Origin: Candidatus Altiarchaeota archaeon
GTDB taxonomy: Archaea > SpSt-1190
Direction of reading: 5' to 3'
Assembly: GCA_018220935.1 (NCBI GenBank)
Contig: JAAOXU010000015.1
Coordinates: forward strand, 2,255 to 66,254
DNA: 64,000 nucleotides
How positions within the stretch are numbered: the stretch's first letter is position 1; the number at the start of each line of letters is the position of its first letter. The notes under the pieces are model-generated. The model was given only the letters and a program-made list of their open reading frames with translations. It did not search any database and was not told the DNA's origin. The position numbers and the translations under genes were made by a program. Below, piece by piece: positions 19,726-28,601 of the stretch.

Positions 19726-20560
19726 GAGTTATGAAGAAATAAGGCTTCTAGAAGAAGCAACTAAGCGTTTTAGTAGTGTTAGCTATTTTCCCATACCTCA
19801 GGTGGTAGTTGAGATGGAAGGTGAAAGTTTTAAGTTGACACACAAAAACAAAAACTTACTTGACTATGATGTTATTTTACCTCGAATGCCAAGATCTTAC
19901 AAGACTTTTGGAACCACCTTACTTCACTTCCTAAATAAAGCCGGTAAATCGTTACCAATTGAACCTTGGGCAGTTGTCGCTAGTCATAATAAATTTTTAA
20001 CATTGGCTATGCTTCAAGAAGGCGGGATCCCAATTCCAGAAACTTATATGGGATTAAAAAGGGGTGTAGTTGAAGATGTATTGTCAACTATGAATTACCC
20101 AGCAGTCCTAAAACTTTTGTATGGTTCTATGGGTGTTGGCGTTATGTTTGCAGATTCAAAACAGTCGGCAATTAGTATAATTGATGCTATGGAACGTTTC
20201 AATGAACCAATTTTTGTTGAAGATTTTATCCCACCTGGGAATGTTGACATACGTGCATATGTAATAAACGGCAAAGTTGTTGCTAGTATGAAGCGTATTG
20301 CAAAAGAGGATGAGAGACGTGCTAATATTGGTATGGGTGGAGAAGGTCATGTTTACAAATTAACTAGTAAAGAAAAAAAGCTAGCACTAAAATCTGCTGA
20401 GCTTATGGGTTGTAAAATTTGTGGTGTTGATATTATGCCAAGTCCGGATGGTCCAGTAGTAATTGAGACTAATGTTAATGCTCAATTTAAGGGAATTGAA
20501 AAAGCAACCAAAAAGAATATTGCAGGCAATATTATTGACTTTTTAGCAAGGGGTGTTTAA
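19694..20560 (+). CDS. RimK-family ATP-grasp alpha-L-glutamate ligase (RimK/LysX/MptN/CofF-like)
   Basis: It has the motifs PAVLKLLYGSMGVGV, FVEDFIP, DIRAYVINGKVVASMKR and GVDIMPSPDGPVVIETNVN. Confidence 0.75.
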   Translation: MKLAILGPLSRSYEEIRLLEEATKRFSSVSYFPIPQVVVEMEGESFKLTHKNKNLLDYDVILPRMPRSYKTFGTTLLHFLNKAGKSLPIEPWAVVASHNKFLTLAMLQEGGIPIPETYMGLKRGVVEDVLSTMNYPAVLKLLYGSMGVGVMFADSKQSAISIIDAMERFNEPIFVEDFIPPGNVDIRAYVINGKVVASMKRIAKEDERRANIGMGGEGHVYKLTSKEKKLALKSAELMGCKICGVDIMPSPDGPVVIETNVNAQFKGIEKATKKNIAGNIIDFLARGV

Positions 20561-21286
20561 TTGCAAAGCAAATGGATAGGAAAATCAATCGAATATCATA
20601 TTGGAAAAGAGCCCATTTTATTTGTTGCACCTCATAGGGGGGAGATCCAAGTTGAAATTAAAGACGGTGACAAGACAAGAAAAATTCAAATTGGTGAAGT
20701 TGGAACTGGCCATCTTGTAAAACTAGCAGCAAAAGAAGTTGGGGGTTCATATATTGTGGTTTATGTTCCAAGACTTAAAGCCGACTTTGCAAGAGACCCT
20801 AAACTTTTAGGGAAGGGTGAAACATTTAGACAGAAGTTACATGGAAAAAAATTCTGGTTTGAAAGTCATAAAGATACTAAATACAAAAAAATGATTGACG
20901 ATTTTCATAAATTAATACGAAAAATAAATCCTAAGTTCGTAATTGATATACATAATATGGGTAGTAGTAACGAGGATGCAAGACTTGGTTTTGGGAAAGA
21001 TAGAAGATACATTAATGGCACGCGTAATGCACTTCAGTTTAGGGATGAGCTTGTCAGTAGGCTTGATGAAAAGATGCATATACTTGTAAGTAAGACTGAA
21101 CTTACGGGTGAGAGTGAATATATTTTGTATAAATATGAAAAAGGTAGACTTGCAATGTTAATTGAATTATCCAGTTCCTTGGGTCTTAATAGAAAAAAAG
21201 GCGTGTACGATGAGAAGTTTCAAACCCTAATTAAAGAAGTTGCAAAATTAGCAAGAGAGTGGATTACAAAAGAAAACCTGCAATAG
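20561..21286 (+). CDS. N-formylglutamate amidohydrolase (FGase)/M14-like zinc amidohydrolase family protein
   Basis: It has the motifs APHRGE, DFARDP and IDIHNMGSS. Its start abuts the stop of the ligase gene. Confidence 0.5.
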   Translation: MQSKWIGKSIEYHIGKEPILFVAPHRGEIQVEIKDGDKTRKIQIGEVGTGHLVKLAAKEVGGSYIVVYVPRLKADFARDPKLLGKGETFRQKLHGKKFWFESHKDTKYKKMIDDFHKLIRKINPKFVIDIHNMGSSNEDARLGFGKDRRYINGTRNALQFRDELVSRLDEKMHILVSKTELTGESEYILYKYEKGRLAMLIELSSSLGLNRKKGVYDEKFQTLIKEVAKLAREWITKENLQ

Positions 21287-21992
21287 TAAGCCCAAAACTA
21301 CTAAGTCCTGAAGTTATTACTGAAACAGTATACCAAAATCGTAGAGTTTTTTCACTCTTATCTGAAATTATGTAAATCTCTCCGTCCCCCATCATTAAGT
21401 CTTTCCAACCCTCAACTGATGTTGCATCCTTTACAAATGGATTGTCTTTGATATTACCTATAATAAAAAGTTCTTGATTTGGTTTAACGACTGTTTCCGT
21501 TTTTGTTACACTAATACCCCTCTTAACTGTGCTCTTAGTGCCAAAAGCTGCACCCTTAGTGTCACACAGAAGTTGACCCGTTCCATCGTCAAGATAAAAA
21601 TATCCGTCTTTTCTATCAACTTTAGCATTTGTTATAAGATTAGTCTTGTAACTCCTGTTTTTACTGTGAATTCTATATTCATATGCATAGCATTTAGTCT
21701 TTGTCAGTGGACTGATTAATTTAGTCTCACCAACTGTCTTACCTTTAATTTCAGATAAACCAATTGCGACTGATCTAATTTTTGAAGTAGGAATGGCTTC
21801 TAAGAAATTTTTAACCTTATAAGAAATAAATAAGAGAACGACGGATAAAGCTGCCCCTATTCCAAAAACCCATGCTTCACCCATCTCTCCGTACATATGC
21901 AATGTACCCCAAACTACTGCAAGTTGGAGTCCTAGTGTTGAGTAAGGTCCAAGTTTAGAAAGAAATTTTAACATCTTTCTTTTCCTCTGCAC
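21264..21992 (-). CDS. Membrane protein (N- and C-terminal TM helices, beta-rich central domain), LemA-associated
   Basis: It is hydrophobic at both termini and is co-oriented with and overlaps the lemA gene. Confidence 0.5.
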   Translation of the reverse strand: MQRKRKMLKFLSKLGPYSTLGLQLAVVWGTLHMYGEMGEAWVFGIGAALSVVLLFISYKVKNFLEAIPTSKIRSVAIGLSEIKGKTVGETKLISPLTKTKCYAYEYRIHSKNRSYKTNLITNAKVDRKDGYFYLDDGTGQLLCDTKGAAFGTKSTVKRGISVTKTETVVKPNQELFIIGNIKDNPFVKDATSVEGWKDLMMGDGEIYIISDKSEKTLRFWYTVSVITSGLSSFGLTIAGFLL

Positions 21993-22506
21993 TCGCCTTA
22001 AACATCTCTTTTTCTTTAAACCCTGTTAGACTTGCAACTAAAGAAGAAGGTATACTCTGAACCTTATTATTAAACTCAAACACAGTTGAGTTGTAACCTT
22101 CTCTCCTATCACTGATTTCGTTTTCAAGGGAACTAATTCTCCCCTGAAGGTGTTTGAAGTTTTCATTGGCTTTTAAGTCTGGATAATTTTCTGCAACAGC
22201 AAAAAGATTCATGAGTGGTGCATTCATCTGTGAATTCACTGCTAACTTTTCTTGAGTTGTGGCTGCCCCTTCAAAGGCCTTTCGTAACTTAGTGACTTCC
22301 ATTAAAGTTTTCTTTTCATATTTTTTATATCCTTTTATGGTGTCAATAAGTTTACCAATTTCATCATACCGCTGCTTTAACATAACATCAATATTTGACG
22401 CAGCCCTACTAATGCTGTTTCTCATGACAATAAAGCCATTATATGCCATTACAAAATATAACAAAACTAGGCCGCTTGCGACCCCTAAAATAATTCCTAA
22501 AACCAT
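21955..22506 (-). CDS. lemA: LemA family protein
   Basis: It has an N-terminal TM segment followed by the YNGFIVMRNSISRAASNIDVMLKQRYD LemA signature. Confidence 0.8.
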   Translation of the reverse strand: MVLGIILGVASGLVLLYFVMAYNGFIVMRNSISRAASNIDVMLKQRYDEIGKLIDTIKGYKKYEKKTLMEVTKLRKAFEGAATTQEKLAVNSQMNAPLMNLFAVAENYPDLKANENFKHLQGRISSLENEISDRREGYNSTVFEFNNKVQSIPSSLVASLTGFKEKEMFKASAEEKKDVKISF

Positions 22507-22526
22507 AATAAACTAGGGATGTGTAC

Positions 22527-23282
22527 CTATTTATCTTTTATTTCTATAGCAACAGGTGCGTGATCTGAGCCTAATACATCTTTCATGATCCATGCCTTTT
22601 TTAGACTAGCTTCAAATTCTTTATTAACCACAAAATAATCAATTCGCCACCCTATGTTTTTTTGCCTTGCACTAAACCGATAAGTCCACCAACTATAATC
22701 TTCGCTTTTTGGGTTTTTTAATCTAAAAGTATCAAGATATCCGGCATCTAAAAGTTCATTCATCCACTCTCTTTCTTCTTTAGTGTACCCTGAATTCCCT
22801 TCATTGTTTTTTGGCCTTGCAATGTCTTGTGGGGTATGAGCAACATTTAGATCTCCACACAAAATTACAGGTTTAGTTTTTTTAAGTTTATTCAAATGTT
22901 TTAACATCAAGTTATTAAACTCTAACTTGAAGTCGAGTCGAGTTAACTCCCTTTGCGAATTTGGAAAATATGCATTGACAAGATAAAATTCGTCAAACTC
23001 TAGGGTTGTTACTCTCCCCTCTTTGTCAAACTGCGCTTCACCTAATCCATGAGTATAACTTCTTGGTTTTATTTTGGTAAATATGGCAGTTCCCGCATAA
23101 CCTTTTTTTTCGGCTGGGTTCCAAAACACTTTGTAATTAAAACCAATTGGAAAGTGTGGAACTTCATGACTTTTAATTTCTTGTAAACCTATAATGTCTG
23201 GTTTTTCTTTTTCTAAAAATTCATAAAAACCCTTTTTCACAGACGCCCTAAAACCATTAACATTCCAAGAGATTAGTTTCAC
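22527..23282 (-). CDS. xth: Exodeoxyribonuclease III / AP endonuclease
   Basis: It has the MKLISWNVNG N-terminus and an ExoIII-family catalytic core. Confidence 0.85.
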   Translation of the reverse strand: MKLISWNVNGFRASVKKGFYEFLEKEKPDIIGLQEIKSHEVPHFPIGFNYKVFWNPAEKKGYAGTAIFTKIKPRSYTHGLGEAQFDKEGRVTTLEFDEFYLVNAYFPNSQRELTRLDFKLEFNNLMLKHLNKLKKTKPVILCGDLNVAHTPQDIARPKNNEGNSGYTKEEREWMNELLDAGYLDTFRLKNPKSEDYSWWTYRFSARQKNIGWRIDYFVVNKEFEASLKKAWIMKDVLGSDHAPVAIEIKDK

Positions 23283-23377
23283 TTAAAACATCATCTGATA
23301 AGTTAATATATTTTCTGACGAATTATTTTTTAGGACTAAAGAATACTTTAGTCAAACAACGTACGTTATATAGACAG

Positions 23378-23406
23378 AAATCGAACCCCTTATATACGTT
23401 CGATTT
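23378..23406. promoter_or_regulatory. 9-bp perfect inverted repeat bracketing the TATA box of the HMG-CoA synthase promoter
   Basis: The sequence is AAATCGAAC-cccTTATATAc-GTTCGATTT. The TATA lies about 21-27 nt upstream of the ATG, consistent with a leaderless mRNA. Confidence 0.5.
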
Positions 23407-23417
23407 ATTCTAAAAGA

Positions 23418-24800
23418 ATGGGTGGTATTGATGATATCTACATCTATTTGCCTAATTATTATTTAGATATAGATGAAGGTACTAAAGTTTTTGAGAAAAA
23501 AAAACAACCCCACGTTTCTATGACTGCTGAAAAATTTAAGGGCCTGGTCTCAAAAGGTTTAGGTGTGACCAAAATATCTGTAGCATATGGTGAGGATGTC
23601 ACATCAATGACACTAAACGCCTTTGAAAAATTATCTGAGGCTGTTGATTTTAGTGATGTAACTCGTGTTATTGTGTCTTCTGAAACGCCTGACGATTTAT
23701 CAAAACCAAAGTCGTCTAAAATACCTGGGCGTTTTGGTGTTGGCAATAATGTAATTGCATATGATACTTATTTTGCTTGTTTAGCTGGGGTTGCAAGTCT
23801 AGTGGATTCAGTTAAAATTTATGACTTGTCTGGTGAAAAAACTGCAGGGGCTGCAGGAGATATTTCTGAATATAGTCTAAATAGTGATAATACTTCAATT
23901 TCTGCAGATCTTACTGGTGGTGCTGGTGTTGCTGCCTTTAAGGTTGGTGAGGGTGATCTTTTAGGTGTGGGGGAAAGTGGGGTTTATACCTCAGACCAAT
24001 ATGACTTTTCTAAGCCAAAAGTTAGTACAAGTACTAGTGGGACTCTAGGTGAACCGGGTTTTGTTGAAACTGTCAATTTCACACAATTTCCAGTTGTATT
24101 TGGTGGTTTTTCTGAATTAATTTACTTTAAACATGTTGGTGAAGCGTATCGTAATTTAAAATCAAAAATTAATTCAAATCTCAGTGATTTCAAACTTGTC
24201 GCATTTCATATTCCATATCCAGGTATAACAAAACACGCCTTTAGATATTTACAGGCAATTGATAATGGCACTGATGGTGAAATAACCGACATTTTAGATT
24301 CACTCACCCCTCTTGATAGTTTTGAGACGAGTTTAGATCTTGAAACTTATTTATCGAGTGAAGTTGAAATTAAAAGAAAACACACTAAATCGAGACTCAA
24401 GGAGATGTTTAGTACTAAAACTGATCAAGATCTTTATGCGTCTCTTGTAGGACCAACACTAACGTACTCTGCGGAAGTAGGTAATCTTTATACTGGGTCA
24501 ACTTTCCTTTCAATTGCAAGTGGGCTAGTTCATGGGGATTATAGTGCTGATGATAAAATTTTAACAATTGGATACGGCAGTGGCTCTAGTGCAATTGCTA
24601 CTGAGATGACTATTACTGAAAAGACTAGAGATATAGCTAATGGTTGGGATTTAGGAAAACGAATGGAGTCAAGACAACAACTAACAGCTGAAGAATACTT
24701 AGATTATAGAGACAACAATATTTCAAATTCAACCATGTTAGATCAATGGTCACTTAATTGTGCCTTGGATCAAGGTATTCCAATATATGCAAAAATATAA
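23418..24800 (+). CDS. mvaS: Hydroxymethylglutaryl-CoA synthase (long form)
   Basis: The N-terminus GIDDIYIYLPNYYLD, the SETPDDLSKPKSSKI and YFACLAGV motifs, and NLYTGSTFLSIASGL and GYGSGS match the HMGS thiolase-fold consensus. Confidence 0.8.
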   Translation: MGGIDDIYIYLPNYYLDIDEGTKVFEKKKQPHVSMTAEKFKGLVSKGLGVTKISVAYGEDVTSMTLNAFEKLSEAVDFSDVTRVIVSSETPDDLSKPKSSKIPGRFGVGNNVIAYDTYFACLAGVASLVDSVKIYDLSGEKTAGAAGDISEYSLNSDNTSISADLTGGAGVAAFKVGEGDLLGVGESGVYTSDQYDFSKPKVSTSTSGTLGEPGFVETVNFTQFPVVFGGFSELIYFKHVGEAYRNLKSKINSNLSDFKLVAFHIPYPGITKHAFRYLQAIDNGTDGEITDILDSLTPLDSFETSLDLETYLSSEVEIKRKHTKSRLKEMFSTKTDQDLYASLVGPTLTYSAEVGNLYTGSTFLSIASGLVHGDYSADDKILTIGYGSGSSAIATEMTITEKTRDIANGWDLGKRMESRQQLTAEEYLDYRDNNISNSTMLDQWSLNCALDQGIPIYAKI

Positions 24801-24807
24801 AAAAAGG

Positions 24808-24846
24808 TCCTGCCGGATTTTTTACGGCAAGGATTTTATTTTATTT
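24808..24846 (+). terminator. GC-rich hairpin plus T-tract after mvaS
   Basis: The sequence CCTGCCG-gatttttta-CGGCA(A)GG is followed by ATTTTATTTT. Confidence 0.5.
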
Positions 24847-25088
24847 GAATACTTTCATTAAAGGTTTTGACATGGCTAGTGCACCTAGTGCTGCATACCA
24901 GTACCAATCTAGACTAAGTATTGGGGTCCAGAGTTTTGCAATCATTAAAGTGAATGCCGCCACACTGAGTTTTATTGCTTTTATGTCCCAAATATCTAAT
25001 GTCTTAATTTTGTTGTTTGCCCATTCTATATATCCACTTAACATATCTTTAAGGCGAGTTTTGGGTATTTATGCGTTTTACTAAAAAT

Positions 25089-25733
25089 TTATACTGTGTA
25101 TGAACGCATATTGGGGGTGTATTCCCCACGGCTTTCAAGAACCTGCTTTGTTACAGCTAACCACTTATTACTTTGATACATGTCCTCAACGGTCCAAATT
25201 CCCCACCACGCTTTTTCTCCACTATCATTTCTTTGCTGTGCAAGTGAGGGTTCCTCAATCATCTTTGGTTCGTGATATTCAACAATTCCTGGGCTAAGAT
25301 ACCAACCCCAGTCTTTTTTACTTCTATAATCTTTTCTGCTGTGACGTCTTACTCGAATTAAGTTTTCACCCTTAAATTCTAAACCCATAGCTTTTACTAC
25401 GTTTCTTACTGCGATGTCTTGTATGTGTGTTGAGTTTGATTCTTGATGTGTATAATCGTGTTTAGAATTAATATTACTAATATTGTTATCATATACGTCT
25501 GAAGCACTTTCTAAAAGTTCTTTCCAGATTTCTGGATTCTTTTTGGCGTGTTCTAAATAGGCTCCTTCATATTTCTCACAAATCTCTAAAAAATCAAGTA
25601 TTTGGTCCCCATATGTCCAAATTCGGTCCCAATTGTCTTTTCCGTAAATATCATTCCATAGTTCGTGTCTTTTAGCTTTAGATTTACCTGAAAAACCTGG
25701 CCTTTCAACTAAAACCCATTCAGTCATATTCAC
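25089..25733 (-). CDS. Hypothetical protein (Trp-rich)
   Basis: This is an ORF with no recognised domain. Confidence 0.45.
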   Translation of the reverse strand: MNMTEWVLVERPGFSGKSKAKRHELWNDIYGKDNWDRIWTYGDQILDFLEICEKYEGAYLEHAKKNPEIWKELLESASDVYDNNISNINSKHDYTHQESNSTHIQDIAVRNVVKAMGLEFKGENLIRVRRHSRKDYRSKKDWGWYLSPGIVEYHEPKMIEEPSLAQQRNDSGEKAWWGIWTVEDMYQSNKWLAVTKQVLESRGEYTPNMRSYTV

Positions 25734-25808
25734 AATATTACAAGGTTCTTTTTAGTTTAAGAAACTACCCATCAGTAACTATATAAGATAAAAATTCCTT
25801 AGTCTTTA

Positions 25809-26963
25809 ATGGGGTCTAATGGGTCTGTGGGTGAACTTTTTAATGATTGGGACAAAAAGGGAATGACCAAAAAAGATGTTGTAGTACAAAGATACAAAGA
25901 TATGTTTGAAGGCCACCCTTTGGATGAAATACATGTTGATATTTCACCTTTTGAGGGTATAGACCGCATAGATAAGTTTCCTATTGGTGCTAAAACATAT
26001 GATTATGACCGCGATGCGGCACATCTAAAGTATCAAACGATGTCCCCTTCAATAAGCAGTAAAATGAGAGTAATATCTGAAGAACTTAATATTGACTTTT
26101 CAGAAACTGATAATTATCGAGACGTCAGACGAGTCCTTAATGAACTAGGGGAAAAGCACACTAACCCAAGTATACTCATTTGGGGTCCACGCATAGTTCA
26201 ATCTTACCTCAAAAGAAAACTTTTCTTAAAAAAACCAACCACTTTTTTTGTTAGAAAAGACGATAATGGTTTTAGCCAATTATCTATTGATGGTGATGAT
26301 GTTAGGAGATTTCAAGAATCTGTTACTGTTGATGAAAAAACCACACTTTCAACTCACGTAACTCAGTTGAGTGTTAATGATGTTGTTGTGAACGTTATTT
26401 ATTTTCCCATTATACCTTATGGGCAGTTAGCTCAAGATGTAGTTAGTGCTTTCAAACCACAAGTAGTTATACCCGTGTCATCTGCTGGATATTTTGGGGA
26501 TCTGAATCAAAATTCTGCACTTCCAATAAAAACACTCCTACATTATCAAGACGGTAACCTTATTGATGTTGGAACTATTTCAAATAACGGCATTATTGAT
26601 ATCACGGTTGATAGTCCTATTGAGGAAGATGAACGCTTTAGGGATACCGTTACGGAATATTTTGACTCTCTAGTTTCACACGGAAATTTAAGTACAAAGT
26701 ATCGTGAGGTGACGGGTAATTTGACTGATGAACCTATTCGAGTAACTGTTGGTTGTGAGAATGCTCACGCTCAATATGGTCTCTCAGATAATTCAGATGC
26801 TAGATTATTTCCTTTGAGTTATGCAACTGACAATATTGCAACCCTCGAACCATATGATGGTGTAACTGCTAATAGGGGTGGTAAGAAAAATGTGTGTGAT
26901 GATTCTCTTGCAATTGTAAGAGCCTTGGCATATGAATTGGCACTTGAGGGAAAAATGTTCTAA
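25809..26963 (+). CDS. Hypothetical protein
   Basis: This is an ORF with no recognised domain. Confidence 0.45.
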   Translation: MGSNGSVGELFNDWDKKGMTKKDVVVQRYKDMFEGHPLDEIHVDISPFEGIDRIDKFPIGAKTYDYDRDAAHLKYQTMSPSISSKMRVISEELNIDFSETDNYRDVRRVLNELGEKHTNPSILIWGPRIVQSYLKRKLFLKKPTTFFVRKDDNGFSQLSIDGDDVRRFQESVTVDEKTTLSTHVTQLSVNDVVVNVIYFPIIPYGQLAQDVVSAFKPQVVIPVSSAGYFGDLNQNSALPIKTLLHYQDGNLIDVGTISNNGIIDITVDSPIEEDERFRDTVTEYFDSLVSHGNLSTKYREVTGNLTDEPIRVTVGCENAHAQYGLSDNSDARLFPLSYATDNIATLEPYDGVTANRGGKKNVCDDSLAIVRALAYELALEGKMF

Positions 26964-27128
26964 TTTTCACAACTTAAATGTGAAAAGAAATTTCTAAATT
27001 GGATTGTATCTAAATTCTGAATGGATAAATTGTCTGAGAATAATGGTTCATCTAACTTTGTAACGCTTTTAATTTTAGCTACAATTGTTGGTGGATTAAT
27101 TGTTGCACTTATCTATATTTTAAAAAAT

Positions 27129-28175
27129 TTATGAATTAGTTTGATTTAACACAAAGTCAATAAGACTACTAACTAATTCTTTTACATATTCGTTCTTGAA
27201 TTCATAATCATCATACGCTGTGCTAATTATTGTTCTTGCTTGCATTTTTGATTCATCAACTGCCCCTGAATCTAAAACATATTGCTTAACCATTTTAACG
27301 TCCTCATACGCGCGAGACTTTTTTGAGTATATGTTAATTAATTCGTCATATTTTTGTGGGTTGTCGTCTTTATAGATTTCAAGTGCTTTTAAGAGTGGTA
27401 AGGTCTTTTTACCTTCTAAAATGTCTGTTTTTGTGTCTTTTGTTGGGTTATCACTCCAGGTACTCAATACATCATCCATAATCTGAAAACTAACTCCTAA
27501 TGCGTTTCCAATTTTTCTTAAGCCTGGATTCCTTTTTCCAATAACTGAAGTGTATCCGTTTTCGAGTGAGAATCCAATTAAACTTCCCGTTTTTCCCAAA
27601 ATCATGTCCATGTATTCATCTTGAGTTGGCATATAGTCACTTTGGCTCCACAATAAATCTAGATGTTGACCTTTTGCAAGTTCAATACACATATTGTAAT
27701 ACGCGTTCCTAACTTCTTGATGTTCTCTATTAATCAATTTACCTGCTTTAAAATAGAGATAATCTCCTACATTGTTGGCGAGTTCTTCCCCGTACATTTC
27801 ATGTAAGGTTGGTTTCCCTCTCCTAGTTTTTGAGTGATCTTCAATATCATCATGAATAAGTGTTGCAGTGTGTAATACCTCAACTGCGGGTGTTAGCTTA
27901 GTCAACAATTTTTCAATTAACTGTGCATATTCATTTGATTTATCGTCTACCATCCCTGCTTCATATCCCCCAATTAGTGTTAGTATTGGCCTTATGAGTT
28001 TACTATCTCTTAAAAAATACTCATTACTCATTTTTTCTAAGTCTGGATCATCTTCAATTAAATTGGTTAAAATGAGTTGCTTAATCTGTGGTCCCTTTGA
28101 CTTTGAAAATTCTTTTATTTTTGATACTGTTTGAGGGTCTTGAAAATTTTGGATTGCTTTAAGTTTGCTAACCAC
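27129..28175 (-). CDS. Polyprenyl (geranylgeranyl) diphosphate synthase
   Basis: It has the first and second aspartate-rich motifs LIHDDIED and IMDDVLS. A TATA-like TTTTTATATA sits about 28 nt upstream of the GTG start. Confidence 0.85.
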   Translation of the reverse strand: MVSKLKAIQNFQDPQTVSKIKEFSKSKGPQIKQLILTNLIEDDPDLEKMSNEYFLRDSKLIRPILTLIGGYEAGMVDDKSNEYAQLIEKLLTKLTPAVEVLHTATLIHDDIEDHSKTRRGKPTLHEMYGEELANNVGDYLYFKAGKLINREHQEVRNAYYNMCIELAKGQHLDLLWSQSDYMPTQDEYMDMILGKTGSLIGFSLENGYTSVIGKRNPGLRKIGNALGVSFQIMDDVLSTWSDNPTKDTKTDILEGKKTLPLLKALEIYKDDNPQKYDELINIYSKKSRAYEDVKMVKQYVLDSGAVDESKMQARTIISTAYDDYEFKNEYVKELVSSLIDFVLNQTNS

Positions 28176-28295
28176 TTAATTTTGCTGTACGGACCTATAT
28201 AAAAATTTGTTTTAAAAAAAAGTAAGAAAAAAAGAAAAAAATAACCATGAACTCTTCTGAAGAGCGAAAGCCACCTATAGGACAAGCCTACGGGT

Positions 28296-28451
28296 TTACC
28301 TCTTTCTCTTCATGAAACAGTCTTTACAATAAACAGGTCTATCACCTGAAGGCTTGAATGGTACTTCGCATTCCTGTTTACACTCAGCACATGTTGCTTT
28401 ATGCATTTCTCTCGGACCGCCGAAGTTTCTTCCGCCTCTAAAGTCTCCCAT
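28296..28451 (-). CDS. Small zinc-ribbon protein (51 aa; CxxC...CxxC, zf-trcl-like), not in the ORF track
   Basis: The minus-strand translation is MGDFRGGRNFGGPREMHKATCAECKQECEVPFKPSGDRPVYCKDCFMKRKR. A GGAGG sits 7 nt upstream of the ATG, and the downstream hairpin CTCTTC-A-GAAGAG is followed by T-runs. Confidence 0.65.
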   Translation of the reverse strand: MGDFRGGRNFGGPREMHKATCAECKQECEVPFKPSGDRPVYCKDCFMKRKR

Positions 28452-28601
28452 TTGGATTTCCTCCTAGATTCAGGTGTTTTTTATGCTTTATAGACTTATC
28501 TACCCTTGTGTCCGTCCTTTATTTATTGCTAATTGGGACTCTCTAAGTCTCTTTAATTGCAGTTATTACTGTATTTTTCAATAAAATTTGAAAGCTGAGT
28601 T

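Noticed and set aside
23283-23417. Possible C/D-box sRNA in the xth/mvaS intergenic region (contains TCTGA and GATGATG)
   Set aside because: The box order and spacing are wrong on both strands: D-like comes before C-like, and there is no C'/D' pair. The region is better explained as divergent promoters.
24758-25084. 108-aa plus-strand ORF overlapping the end of mvaS
   Set aside because: It overlaps the mvaS 3' end by 43 nt and runs through the mvaS terminator hairpin. The minus-strand 67-aa ORF is the more plausible coding candidate for this gap, though still weak.
28255-28300. GC-rich stretch first suspected to be a tRNA or ncRNA
   Set aside because: It resolves into the 3' end and terminator hairpin of the 51-aa zinc-ribbon gene on the minus strand. 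It has no tRNA-like cloverleaf.
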